DNA of 64,000 nt. Source: a virus. Lineage: Duplodnaviria > Heunggongvirae > Uroviricota > Caudoviricetes. The position numbers were made by a program, and so were the translations under genes. This document shows positions 37,318-47,026 of this stretch, piece by piece. The stretch's first letter is position 1, and each line of letters begins with the position of its first letter. The DNA is taken from the IMG/VR virus record IMGVR_UViG_3300026549_001031; one strand, 5' to 3'. The notes beneath the pieces were generated by a model that was not told the origin of the DNA, searched no databases, and saw only the letters and a program-made list of their open reading frames with translations.

Positions 37318-39045
37318 ATGGACTTTAGTATCATAGAGGCAGATGATAAATACATAGGTGGAGATAGATATGTACTTATAGACAATGATAGTATAATGGA
37401 GTTTGACACAGTAGATGAATTTGTCAGCATGGCTAGGAAAGTTAGTAGACTTAACAATATAGTGCTTGGCAATCTGAGTTTGCTAGCACATACACTTATT
37501 GAAAGATATAGGCCTAGATACAATAAGAGTTTATCACTAAAGAGTTTATTTGTTCAGTTGAAATCAGAGGACTGTACAAGCATAGAACTGGAAAATACAT
37601 TCAGAAGTTTTGCTGAACTTAAGATAATATATGATATACTTATGGGAAGATATCATAGACATATGAAAGAATTCTTCCTGCATAATAAAAATAGAAAGGT
37701 TGACACTCTTTACATAAGGGATGCGTTGGAATATGTGAAAATTAGCACTGGTATTAAAAACTGGGCAGACAGTAATGAGGTTTATGCAAGTAGCAGAGAA
37801 CTAAAAGCAATGAGTTTAATTGAGCATGCATATAATATTGAGCATATAAACAAGAAGATTGGCATTGACTTTGATGTAGTGTATCAGCATGGAATTGATA
37901 CAGGCAGCATATTGGGGGATGTGCAAGTTGTACCCGGTGAAGTCATAGGATTTCCTGATGATGCTAGCAACTGGTTTGTAAGGAGTGTATCACTAGGTAT
38001 TGGGGATAAACAGGTGCCGATTGGTCAAGCAGCATATAATACTGTTACACATGAAAAGGTGTTCACTTCAGACAGTGATCAACCTGGTAGCATTTATTAT
38101 AAACCTTCGTATCATGGAGACTATATAATAAGTCTTATTGGTTCTAATTTGGAACAGTTGAACTTTAAGGTTGATGGATATGTAATACATATAAAACCTA
38201 TGGATATACTTAGGGATAAAGCAGGTAATACAGGGTTTTATGATGTGTTTAGCAAGGAAAGAAAGGCAAGACTTGTAAGAAATAATCATTTTGTAGGATT
38301 TGAAAGCCTTGAGGAAACATTAAATGCATTTAACAGTAATGTTGAGATCTTAGGTGCTTTTAAATTAGGTTTATTAACAAATATACACTTATTTAAGGAT
38401 AAGATCATGTATATATTTAATAAGGAACAGCTGCTAAAGAAGATAGTATCATTTAATGAATTACTTGACAGTGGAGAGACAGTAGATAGCTTAAATAATA
38501 GAAGGTACAGCATACTAGAAGACTATGTGGTACATGCAAGAGCAGTAGTAGAGGCATATCAATTATATAGTATACTTACTGATACAAAGAGAGGATTAAG
38601 AATATTAAGAGGGCTTCCTGATAACTACATATTTTCAATGAATCCATCATTATGGGGAAATATTGAGGGCAATGTAGTAGAAGGAAACAGCAGTGGAGAA
38701 GCAAAGTTTAGTCAACTAGATTGCAGTATACACAATGGTAGAGAAATTGAAATCTCTGATATAATAATGAAGGACATACTGGATGAAAGCGAGTACATTG
38801 ATTATAAAAATAGTTTAGACAAGTGGACAGCTAATAATAGAATTGGACACAATGATAAATTGAATAAGTCATATGTAATTGCAGCATATAACATTTATGT
38901 AAAATTTAAGGCTATGTATGATAATTATTTAGCACGAGTAGGGTATTCAAGGTTACCTTTGGAAGATATAAAGACATTGGATAGTTTAAGGGTAAAAGAG
39001 TTTGGTAGATTGAACTCTCATGGAAAAGTGATGATACAAGAATAA
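37318..39045 (+). CDS. hypothetical protein (575 aa)
   Basis: GGAGGACAGCTGA RBS. Confidence 0.6.
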   Translation: MDFSIIEADDKYIGGDRYVLIDNDSIMEFDTVDEFVSMARKVSRLNNIVLGNLSLLAHTLIERYRPRYNKSLSLKSLFVQLKSEDCTSIELENTFRSFAELKIIYDILMGRYHRHMKEFFLHNKNRKVDTLYIRDALEYVKISTGIKNWADSNEVYASSRELKAMSLIEHAYNIEHINKKIGIDFDVVYQHGIDTGSILGDVQVVPGEVIGFPDDASNWFVRSVSLGIGDKQVPIGQAAYNTVTHEKVFTSDSDQPGSIYYKPSYHGDYIISLIGSNLEQLNFKVDGYVIHIKPMDILRDKAGNTGFYDVFSKERKARLVRNNHFVGFESLEETLNAFNSNVEILGAFKLGLLTNIHLFKDKIMYIFNKEQLLKKIVSFNELLDSGETVDSLNNRRYSILEDYVVHARAVVEAYQLYSILTDTKRGLRILRGLPDNYIFSMNPSLWGNIEGNVVEGNSSGEAKFSQLDCSIHNGREIEISDIIMKDILDESEYIDYKNSLDKWTANNRIGHNDKLNKSYVIAAYNIYVKFKAMYDNYLARVGYSRLPLEDIKTLDSLRVKEFGRLNSHGKVMIQE

Positions 39046-39065
39046 GATAAGGTAGGACAGTTAAA

Positions 39066-40526
39066 ATGGTAGGAATACATAAATCAGCATTTAGACCTTG
39101 CATGGATAAAGTGAATGGAGTCTTAAGATTAAGAAAAATTAGCACAGATACAGAGGATCTAGCAGGAGAGAAAGTAAATGACAATAACTATACAGATTAT
39201 AGCACTATTGATGAAATGTTTGATAGTTTTAGATCAGACAATAGGGTTGTAACCCAGTTTATGTGCAGAACATGTGATATAGTTTACAGAATAGTTGAAG
39301 CATACAGGGATAAAAACAATGCATATATCATGGAGCATACAGAATATCATAAGGACTTATTAGAGTTAGCATATAGGTGGTATGCATGGGAATCACTTAA
39401 AAGCAAAGACAAGTGTGTAAAGACATACTTTAGAGAAGATATGACACCTGAGAGAATAGTAGACAAGGAGAGCAGAAGATATAAGCTTGCAGCAACAGTG
39501 AAGGACAAGGGTGAAAAATTAAGGGTACTTGGTATTTGGAGTAGTGTACCTAGTGAATATGAAGCTGACATTAAGAAAGAAGTGGTTCAGCATTACTTTG
39601 GAATAGAAAGCAGTAATGATGAATTGTTTATACTTAGTGCAGTTAAACTTGCAAGAGAGATTGATAAGGACTTCTACAATAAAGGGGTTAATCTTGGTTT
39701 GGTTTATGATCACACAATAGAGTCTGGGTTGCAAATTATCAAAGGAAGATACCTTGACATTAACACTAGTAGTCGTATAGTATTATGTGAGTTGTTTGCT
39801 AGTGATGGAGTAAACAAGTTCTTTATTGGTATAGCTGAATGGCATGGGCTAATGACTAACCTGCTTAGTGTATATCAGCAATTTGCAGTACGTATTGGTG
39901 GAAAGACATATGATATATCATCACCAAGCATTACTCATATGAACAAGCGCTATTCAAAGTTTTTACATGCAGACACTTATGGTCTATTGTCAGATAGGGG
40001 AGTAAGGGTAACGTATGACACAGCTGATGAGGCACTTACAGCAATAAGAGAATGCAGTAGTTTTGTTTCTGTTACACATAATCATTTGATGCTGGCATGT
40101 GGAGAGTTCTTTAGAACATTTAAGGATGTAAATCAAGAAGAAAGTAAATTTAGAGAATACATATATGGTACTACTAAATACTCCGATGATGCAGGAGATA
40201 TACTTCATTATTTACTAGGGTCATATGTAGAAAATTATGTATTAACATATGAGAATACTGACATGGCATTGGAGGTAGCACATGAGGCAGGGTTTATTAT
40301 GTGTAATAAACAGGGTTTTTGCCTTGAGTTTCCAGATATAGAGGATGCATACATAGGTGATAAAATACTTGAGCAGTGGTTAACAAAAGATGAGCTTAAG
40401 AAATTAAGGACAAGTGACAGGGATAGAGAGATGCTATGGCTTGCAGCTTATAGGATTGCAATGAATCTTAGGACAGAATACATGAAATATTCTGAAGTTA
40501 TGAGTGACTCGTGGGATAGACTTTAA
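39066..40526 (+). CDS. hypothetical protein (486 aa)
   Basis: GGTAGGACAGTTAAAATG initiation motif. Confidence 0.6.
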   Translation: MVGIHKSAFRPCMDKVNGVLRLRKISTDTEDLAGEKVNDNNYTDYSTIDEMFDSFRSDNRVVTQFMCRTCDIVYRIVEAYRDKNNAYIMEHTEYHKDLLELAYRWYAWESLKSKDKCVKTYFREDMTPERIVDKESRRYKLAATVKDKGEKLRVLGIWSSVPSEYEADIKKEVVQHYFGIESSNDELFILSAVKLAREIDKDFYNKGVNLGLVYDHTIESGLQIIKGRYLDINTSSRIVLCELFASDGVNKFFIGIAEWHGLMTNLLSVYQQFAVRIGGKTYDISSPSITHMNKRYSKFLHADTYGLLSDRGVRVTYDTADEALTAIRECSSFVSVTHNHLMLACGEFFRTFKDVNQEESKFREYIYGTTKYSDDAGDILHYLLGSYVENYVLTYENTDMALEVAHEAGFIMCNKQGFCLEFPDIEDAYIGDKILEQWLTKDELKKLRTSDRDREMLWLAAYRIAMNLRTEYMKYSEVMSDSWDRL

Positions 40527-40593
40527 GTAGGACATTGGTATCAAGAGGAAGAGTATTTTAATTAAAATTTGTTTGGTTTGGAGGCATATAGAA

Positions 40594-41184
40594 ATGGGCA
40601 GTAAGAAAGCAAAAAGACTCGCTAAAAGAATGGCACAGCAGGCTGGTTTAGAGTCAGCATTTGAGGATGAAAGTATTGACATGGGGAATGAAAACGTAAG
40701 CAGTATGGGAGTTACTAGCTTTGATGAGGTTGCATTAGATAGAGGAATAAAAGCACTTGTAGATAAAAGAATCAAGAAAGTTTGTAAGAAATACAATGAG
40801 GATGAGCCTCTGGACATTCAGGGAATTAGGAATGAAATTGGGGCATATGCAGCTACACATACAGTTAAGCATTGTAGTTTAGTAGGAGCAGAGTTTGAGA
40901 CACTTGATGACTTTTTATCTTATGTGGAGTCATTAAAAGGTTGCTCAGTGTTTGTAGAACAGCATGAGGAATATATTGCAGCAGACACAACTGGATTGAG
41001 TGATAGCATTTCTGAATATGTGGATAAGGCAATCAGAAAGAAAGGTTTAACCTTTGATATGGTAACTTTCAGTACAGGTGATGCATATATTAGAATTAAG
41101 AGCAGAGAGAAGAAATATGGACTTAATAAGTTAGGTAAGAGACTCATTGATGATATATACACTATGGGATTGTATGAGTCATGA
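40594..41184 (+). CDS. hypothetical protein (196 aa)
   Basis: ATG 40594 after GGAGG (40579-40583); track start 40573 is TTG. Confidence 0.55.
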   Translation: MGSKKAKRLAKRMAQQAGLESAFEDESIDMGNENVSSMGVTSFDEVALDRGIKALVDKRIKKVCKKYNEDEPLDIQGIRNEIGAYAATHTVKHCSLVGAEFETLDDFLSYVESLKGCSVFVEQHEEYIAADTTGLSDSISEYVDKAIRKKGLTFDMVTFSTGDAYIRIKSREKKYGLNKLGKRLIDDIYTMGLYES

Positions 41185-41300
41185 GATAGAATGTACCAAA
41201 TCAGTGAAGAAATGGGAGCAGACACAGGTAAAATCATTTGAACATAGTAATGTTAAGGTAGTTGCATAGTAAAATAAAAAGAAATTTCGTTAAGAATTTA

Positions 41301-41340
41301 AGACAAGCATTGAGTTAAAAAGTGCTTGTCTTATTTTGTG
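41301..41340 (+). terminator. Rho-independent terminator (9-bp stem AGACAAGCA/TGCTTGTCT, 13-nt loop, T-rich tail)
   Basis: Exact 9-bp inverted repeat 41301-41309 / 41323-41331 followed by TATTTTGTG. Confidence 0.6.
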
Positions 41341-41354
41341 CTTTGTGATATAAT
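41326..41354 (+). promoter_or_regulatory. promoter with extended -10 TGaTATAAT (weak -35 TTGTCT overlapping terminator stem)
   Basis: TGATATAAT 41346-41354; followed by GGCAGGAGG RBS and TTG 41398. Confidence 0.45.
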
Positions 41355-41397
41355 ACTATTATAGGAAAATTAGAATTGTTGGGCAGGAGGAATAAAT

Positions 41398-42720
41398 TTG
41401 GCAGACAGTAATAAAAAGAAGTTAAACATAGAGTTTAAGGATGATACAATACTGGTAGGACAAGCATACACAGATGTAAATGACTTGTATGTGGACCTTA
41501 ACTTAGATAATGAGGTCATAGCATATATTGTAGGTTGCATGGCAATAAATGCATGGAGATTAAGAAAGCACATTGAAAACATTGAGTACAAGCAGAGAAT
41601 GTTGTCTGCATGGACACTTTGGAGGGTACTCGAGGGTTGTTTAGAGGAGGAACTTGACTTCATCTTTGCAGTCACAGATGAAAATGATAATTACATTGGA
41701 GTTAAGACACTTATAGGATGGAGTGACATTGAGACAGTAGGAAAATACATAAATGATGGAAAGATGAGCACTGACAATCCTAGATATGTCATGAATGCAA
41801 TACTGTCAGAGTGTGAAAGTAATGGAGTGGTGCTTAGTAAATTATGTGAAAGAGACAATGGTAGATACGGGATATACTATGATAAGTTTATAAGTGTACC
41901 TAATGGTTCAGGTGCAGAGTGGAGATATAAGGTGAGACTTGACTCACATGGAACTAACATTGGTTTAGAGAAATTGATCAACAGTATTGAATTTTATTAC
42001 ATTCCTGGTGTTACAATAAATGCAAGTATGACTTTACAAAAAGATATAACTGACATGTGCCATGAAGGTATGGCATTTGAGATGATGCATAATGGCAAGG
42101 TAGAAACATTTAATCTCTATGATTTGTTGATACCTGACCCTGATGATGTAAATATGACAGTGCAAGATGATTTAGACCACTTTATGGTTGATGATATTAC
42201 AAGATTTAAAAGGTTTATATACACAGTTACATTTGGTGATTACATTTCATATAGGAGATGTAGCAGTGTTATAACAAGTCACAACAGACTTAATTTCTAT
42301 TCAGACTTGCTTAGTGCATTAAGAAATTGGACTGACTTTGATCTTCTCAACTCTGCAATTGTATTAAAATACATGAACTATTTGCTTTACTACAAGCTAG
42401 ATATCAATAGAGCTATTAAGTTGGCAAAAGAGACAGGCGGTTTAGTTTTGGATAACATACCTAAACAAGGATTCTACTTTGTTGGAGAGAATGAGTGCAT
42501 GACACAAACAACTAGGATGAGTGTAGTAATTAGTGATGAACCAGATATTTCTTTAAGAAGGCTTGCAAGTTATGATGGATTTACACTTAAAGAAGATGAG
42601 GGAGAAACCAGTTTATTGTATAGGGTGCTTAAGAGATATGAGTCAGAAGCAATGAAATGGATGAATGACCCTTGTAATAAATGGGTTATTAGCAAGTACT
42701 ATAAAGATGGCATATTATAG
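41398..42720 (+). CDS. hypothetical protein (440 aa), tandem paralog of 42735 gene
   Basis: TTG start with AGGAGG RBS; shares IAYIVGCMAINAWRLRKH / FISVPNGSGAEWRYKVRL blocks with next gene. Confidence 0.55.
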   Translation: MADSNKKKLNIEFKDDTILVGQAYTDVNDLYVDLNLDNEVIAYIVGCMAINAWRLRKHIENIEYKQRMLSAWTLWRVLEGCLEEELDFIFAVTDENDNYIGVKTLIGWSDIETVGKYINDGKMSTDNPRYVMNAILSECESNGVVLSKLCERDNGRYGIYYDKFISVPNGSGAEWRYKVRLDSHGTNIGLEKLINSIEFYYIPGVTINASMTLQKDITDMCHEGMAFEMMHNGKVETFNLYDLLIPDPDDVNMTVQDDLDHFMVDDITRFKRFIYTVTFGDYISYRRCSSVITSHNRLNFYSDLLSALRNWTDFDLLNSAIVLKYMNYLLYYKLDINRAIKLAKETGGLVLDNIPKQGFYFVGENECMTQTTRMSVVISDEPDISLRRLASYDGFTLKEDEGETSLLYRVLKRYESEAMKWMNDPCNKWVISKYYKDGIL

Positions 42721-42734
42721 TTGGAGGAAATGGC

Positions 42735-44060
42735 ATGAGGTTTAATAGTGATAACAATACAGTATGGTTTGACAAGAATTTTAAAAACATTGGTGAGGCA
42801 TATGCATTTAGTAGAAACAACAATGAAATTATATCATTTATAGTTGGTATTATGTGCATCAGCGCTTGGAGAAGATACACCTGTGAGAAGATGGAGTATG
42901 CATATGAAAGATTGCATGAATATGAGAATAAATATACAGGGCTTATGCTGGCAGCTAAAAATTGCTATGAGGCATTGATAGGTGTGACTGCAAGCATAGC
43001 AGGAATGCATAGACATTTTATATTTACTAAAACATCTGGTAGAGTAAAAGGCATTAAGATTGAAGCATGTCAGCTTGATACAACATTCACAAGCTCTGCA
43101 GAAATAGCTAGTACAATGAATAAAATAATTCTACAGTGTTATAAGAAAAACATCAGGTTGGGAAGTGTATTTGAGCGTAACAATGGAGAGAAAAGCATTG
43201 TATGGGATAGGTTTATTTCAGTACCTAAACATGGTGGACAGTGGTTATTTAAGTTGAAGGCAACATCCAGTAAAAGACCTGCATTTGCATATTGGGTAAA
43301 TCAGCAAATGTTTACACTTGCAGAGGATGCTGAATACATTGAACCTGTGGGGTGTGAAAAAGTAAACTTACTTGGTGGAACAGATAAGCCTTTTGTAGCA
43401 GTGAAGTACAGTGGAAAATGTGAAATAATCAATACAAATGATGCTGCACTGCCTAGTCCATTAGACATAGGTGTTAGAGTATTTAGACCTGGTGTGTTGG
43501 AAAATGGCATGTTTGGAAAAGACTATAGAGAAGAGGCAATTACATTTAATACAGCTAGAGACTTTATTCTTTATTTAAGGGCGTATCCAGAAAAGGTAAG
43601 AGACACTTGTGATCAATTTTACACAGCAATTTATAATGCAGCTTATTGTTTGTATACAGGTAAAGGGTTTGCTGACTACAATAGTGTAAGGTATTATTAC
43701 TTTAGATATTTATTATTTACAAGATTAGGTATTGATATGGCTTGTAAATTGGGAAAGAATACAGGATGTATAAGCACTAAATTCAAAATTAGAGATGCTA
43801 TAACATTTGGTGATGGACCTGAAGGCTATATGGTGGACATTGGAACATATGACCTGGATGAGAACATGAATGCAGACATTGCTCATCTTGCAGCATATGA
43901 GGGATTTGAAATATCTGGGGATCCTTTAGATCAGCTGAAACAGCTTATAACATACTATGCTGATACAGTGAATAATTGGTGCACATATTGGGGTTTAGCA
44001 AATACAGGTGTGCTATATAAATGGCATGAGGTTGGTTCTGACTGTTTATATTTTAAGTAA
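42735..44060 (+). CDS. hypothetical protein (441 aa), tandem paralog of 41398 gene
   Basis: GGAGGAAATGGC RBS; ISFIVGIMCISAWRRYTC / FISVPKHGGQWLFKLKAT blocks aligned with upstream gene. Confidence 0.6.
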   Translation: MRFNSDNNTVWFDKNFKNIGEAYAFSRNNNEIISFIVGIMCISAWRRYTCEKMEYAYERLHEYENKYTGLMLAAKNCYEALIGVTASIAGMHRHFIFTKTSGRVKGIKIEACQLDTTFTSSAEIASTMNKIILQCYKKNIRLGSVFERNNGEKSIVWDRFISVPKHGGQWLFKLKATSSKRPAFAYWVNQQMFTLAEDAEYIEPVGCEKVNLLGGTDKPFVAVKYSGKCEIINTNDAALPSPLDIGVRVFRPGVLENGMFGKDYREEAITFNTARDFILYLRAYPEKVRDTCDQFYTAIYNAAYCLYTGKGFADYNSVRYYYFRYLLFTRLGIDMACKLGKNTGCISTKFKIRDAITFGDGPEGYMVDIGTYDLDENMNADIAHLAAYEGFEISGDPLDQLKQLITYYADTVNNWCTYWGLANTGVLYKWHEVGSDCLYFK

Positions 44061-44096
44061 TTTGTGGTATAATAGAGGTAGGAAAAGAGGAACAAG

Positions 44097-45041
44097 ATGA
44101 AATTTAGTATTGTCATTGGAAATCCTCCTTATAACAAGGGGATGGATATAAATTTCATACAGATAGGATACAAGATCAGTAGAGAGGTTTGTTGCATGAT
44201 AGTTCCTGCAAAGTGGCAAACAGCAGATGATGAGTACAGTGGGACAAATTATGCTAACTTTAGAAAAGAAATAGTTCAGCATATGAAAGAAGTGGTATTT
44301 TATCCTTGTAGCAAGGATATCTTCGATATATTACAAGTAGATGGAATTACATACTTCTTATTAGACAAAGAGGTACATGAGAAATGTCTAGTGTCTAACA
44401 GATGTAGTGTGTATAAAACACTAGAAAGTGATGGAATATACAGAGATATAAGAAACAGACAGAGTTTATTAAACTTTGTTGACAATATAATAAATAGACT
44501 TGGGCAGTATGAGAAATTTAGGTTCAATCATATAAGTATGGGCAGCAGGTTCAGAGTTTATATGAACAATAAGGCAGGTGGTGGAGCGTTTGCAAGTGCA
44601 GACATAACAGAGGGATGTAAGGATAGGGAAACTAGAAAAGTGTTCTTTACAGGTGCAAGTTATATAGAGGACACTTTGGGAATAGATAAGACATGTGGGA
44701 TTCATAGAGAGAATAGGACAGCTGAACAGTTAGTTTTTACATCAGACAGTAAGGAAGAATGTGAGAACTTTATAATGTATTTGAATACAAGGTTTGTTCA
44801 GATGTTACTTTCTGGAAATCAGAGTAAACTTAGTTGCATTTTGACAGATGATTGTTTCAGGTTTGTACCTAGCATTGAAAATGAAATTGGTACAGATGGG
44901 AAAATAGGGTACCAACATAAGTGGACTGACGAGGAATTATATGAGAAATATAACATCACAGAGAAAGAACAGAGAGACATTGAAAGTTATGTAAATAGAC
45001 GTGAGAATTATGGATTGATGAAAGAGAAAGATGGTGAATAA
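44097..45041 (+). CDS. 'headless' TaqI-like gamma-class N6-adenine DNA methyltransferase paralog (starts at NPPY)
   Basis: Own extended -10 TGGTATAAT (44065-44073) and AAAGAGGAACAAG RBS; MKFSIVIGNPPYNKGMDINF, IVPAKWQTAD, FRFVPSIEN...WTDEELYEKY. Confidence 0.75.
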   Translation: MKFSIVIGNPPYNKGMDINFIQIGYKISREVCCMIVPAKWQTADDEYSGTNYANFRKEIVQHMKEVVFYPCSKDIFDILQVDGITYFLLDKEVHEKCLVSNRCSVYKTLESDGIYRDIRNRQSLLNFVDNIINRLGQYEKFRFNHISMGSRFRVYMNNKAGGGAFASADITEGCKDRETRKVFFTGASYIEDTLGIDKTCGIHRENRTAEQLVFTSDSKEECENFIMYLNTRFVQMLLSGNQSKLSCILTDDCFRFVPSIENEIGTDGKIGYQHKWTDEELYEKYNITEKEQRDIESYVNRRENYGLMKEKDGE

Positions 45042-45366
45042 CATGTATTATAGATATGTTGGCAGAAGACTAAATGGAACAGACATTAGATTTAAGGGCA
45101 TATTTGAGATCTTTACACCTGACGAACGAAGAAAGTGGAGCAGTTGTTTGGCTACACCTAAATGGTACAGCGAGCATCCTGGTGTTGAGACTGAGGCGTG
45201 GTTTACTCAACATGGATATGATAAGTGGCATGGCAAAATGGATGCAATAATCAATGATTTCTTAGATGCATACGGTAGAAATAATTATGAGGTACATTTA
45301 TTAAGGGTAGAGACATTAAATAACATCGTGTCTAAAGGAAAGACACAGTGTATTGTGAGAGTGTAA
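45031..45366 (+). CDS. hypothetical protein (111 aa; start 45031 or 45043)
   Basis: ORF overlapping end of upstream gene. Confidence 0.45.
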   Translation: MVNNMYYRYVGRRLNGTDIRFKGIFEIFTPDERRKWSSCLATPKWYSEHPGVETEAWFTQHGYDKWHGKMDAIINDFLDAYGRNNYEVHLLRVETLNNIVSKGKTQCIVRV

Positions 45367-45413
45367 CAGTTAGAAATAGAAGTAGGACAGTTAAAATATC
45401 TGGGGGAGATACA

Positions 45414-46043
45414 TTGAACAGAAAAGTGTTTAACATTAACAACTTAAAGAATTGCATACTTATACAAAGATGGGATGGAGATATAGGCATTATTGACCTT
45501 GAGTATACCATTGGTACAACTGAAGTGATAGACTATGATTTCTATAACATACCTGATGGAAGTAATATAGAGTTCATTGTTGGAGCAGGCAGGACATATG
45601 AGAAAATGAGTGAGGACAGAGCAATGGTATTTAATAAACATAAGCTCAAAGAGGATGATCAATCAATATTTCCGTTATACAATAAGGAATATGACTATGT
45701 TGACATTCATAAAAACAATGATCTTATCTTTTGGGATGGCAAGAACTTAACAGATGTAATGTTAGACGTATGTAATAAAAAGATATCTTATATGTGTACT
45801 AAGGTATGCAGTTTACTGCTAGAGAATAACAGTGGTTATAGGACAGTTGATAGGTTTGATACACTTCTGTCTAGGAGAGATACAGTAGAGTTAATAGATA
45901 AGACAGGATTCATTACAGATCTGACTAGTGAGTATGATATAGCAAACATGCTTAAAGGAGAAGAAATCATGTATTTTAAGCATGGTCCTTTCAACATTGT
46001 GTATCAACCTCGAAAAATAAGTGTAAGGAACATTCCATTTTAA
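45414..46043 (+). CDS. hypothetical protein, paralog family G (TTG start after GGGGGAG RBS)
   Basis: N-terminus (M)NRKVFNINNLKNCILIQRWDGDIGIIDLEY aligns with (M)RKEKFDIDNLRDCIVIHRYDGSIDIIDI of next gene; track start 45348 is GTG inside previous gene. Confidence 0.5.
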   Translation: MNRKVFNINNLKNCILIQRWDGDIGIIDLEYTIGTTEVIDYDFYNIPDGSNIEFIVGAGRTYEKMSEDRAMVFNKHKLKEDDQSIFPLYNKEYDYVDIHKNNDLIFWDGKNLTDVMLDVCNKKISYMCTKVCSLLLENNSGYRTVDRFDTLLSRRDTVELIDKTGFITDLTSEYDIANMLKGEEIMYFKHGPFNIVYQPRKISVRNIPF

Positions 46044-46064
46044 GAATGAAAGGTAGATGGTACA

Positions 46065-46733
46065 GTGAGAAAAGAGAAGTTTGACATTGACAATTTAAGA
46101 GATTGTATAGTAATACATAGATATGATGGGAGCATTGACATTATTGATATAAGACAGGCAAGAGAGAAAGATAGAGTTATTGAGTCTGAATACTATGTCA
46201 TACCTGAAGAAAGCAATATTGGGTTTATTACAGGCATCAATAGAAAATATGTTACAGATAATAGAGAAGCATTAGGGCTTGCACTTGTTTATAATAACAG
46301 TAAGTTTAAGAGATCTAGCATGAATGTTATTGGTTATACAAGATGCTCATTACATTATAGGGACAATAGTGCATATGATAAGTTTATTATATACAATGGG
46401 GATAGCTTAAGAGATGCAGTCAAGGTTAAAATAGACAACACAGATCTTGAGTTTGAGGTAGTTGGTGATTTTGCTATTTGTAAAATGGCTATTTTACCAA
46501 GTATAGCTATTGTACCAAGTATTGATATAAGATATACATATGTTAATAATTTTAGTACACTAGTTTCTAAAGATGATACAATTGAATTGATAGATTCAGC
46601 AGGTAATACTAGAGATTTAACATATGAATGTGATGTACATGCAATGACAAGCGAAGAAGATAAGTACAGAATTATGCTTAATGAACTTGCTATATACATT
46701 GAGAATGAGAATCTATGCATTTCGAGACTATAG
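46065..46733 (+). CDS. hypothetical protein (222 aa), paralog family G (GTG start)
   Basis: Tandem paralog of 45414 gene. Confidence 0.55.
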   Translation: MRKEKFDIDNLRDCIVIHRYDGSIDIIDIRQAREKDRVIESEYYVIPEESNIGFITGINRKYVTDNREALGLALVYNNSKFKRSSMNVIGYTRCSLHYRDNSAYDKFIIYNGDSLRDAVKVKIDNTDLEFEVVGDFAICKMAILPSIAIVPSIDIRYTYVNNFSTLVSKDDTIELIDSAGNTRDLTYECDVHAMTSEEDKYRIMLNELAIYIENENLCISRL

Positions 46734-46747
46734 TATGATACATTGAT

Positions 46748-47026
46748 ATGAGGAGAAAGTTCCTAGAGAAACTAGACAAAGATAGTTTAATTGAGAGGCT
46801 TATGATAGCTGAAGAGTTACTCAACGAGGAAAAAGCAGATGCACGAGAATGGACAGGTTCAGACGGTATGCTAGGAAAAATTAGCAGTATTGTTTATAAC
46901 GAAAACAGCGTTAATTATGATAAGGAACTTGCTGAAAAGTGGACAGACTTAATAAACAAAATTGAAGTCATGTCATTTGGAGCAACTTACAGAATAAATG
47001 AGAGGATACAACACTATGATAAATAG
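46748..47026 (+). CDS. hypothetical protein (92 aa)
   Basis: ORF with ATATGAGGAG RBS. Confidence 0.45.
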   Translation: MRRKFLEKLDKDSLIERLMIAEELLNEEKADAREWTGSDGMLGKISSIVYNENSVNYDKELAEKWTDLINKIEVMSFGATYRINERIQHYDK

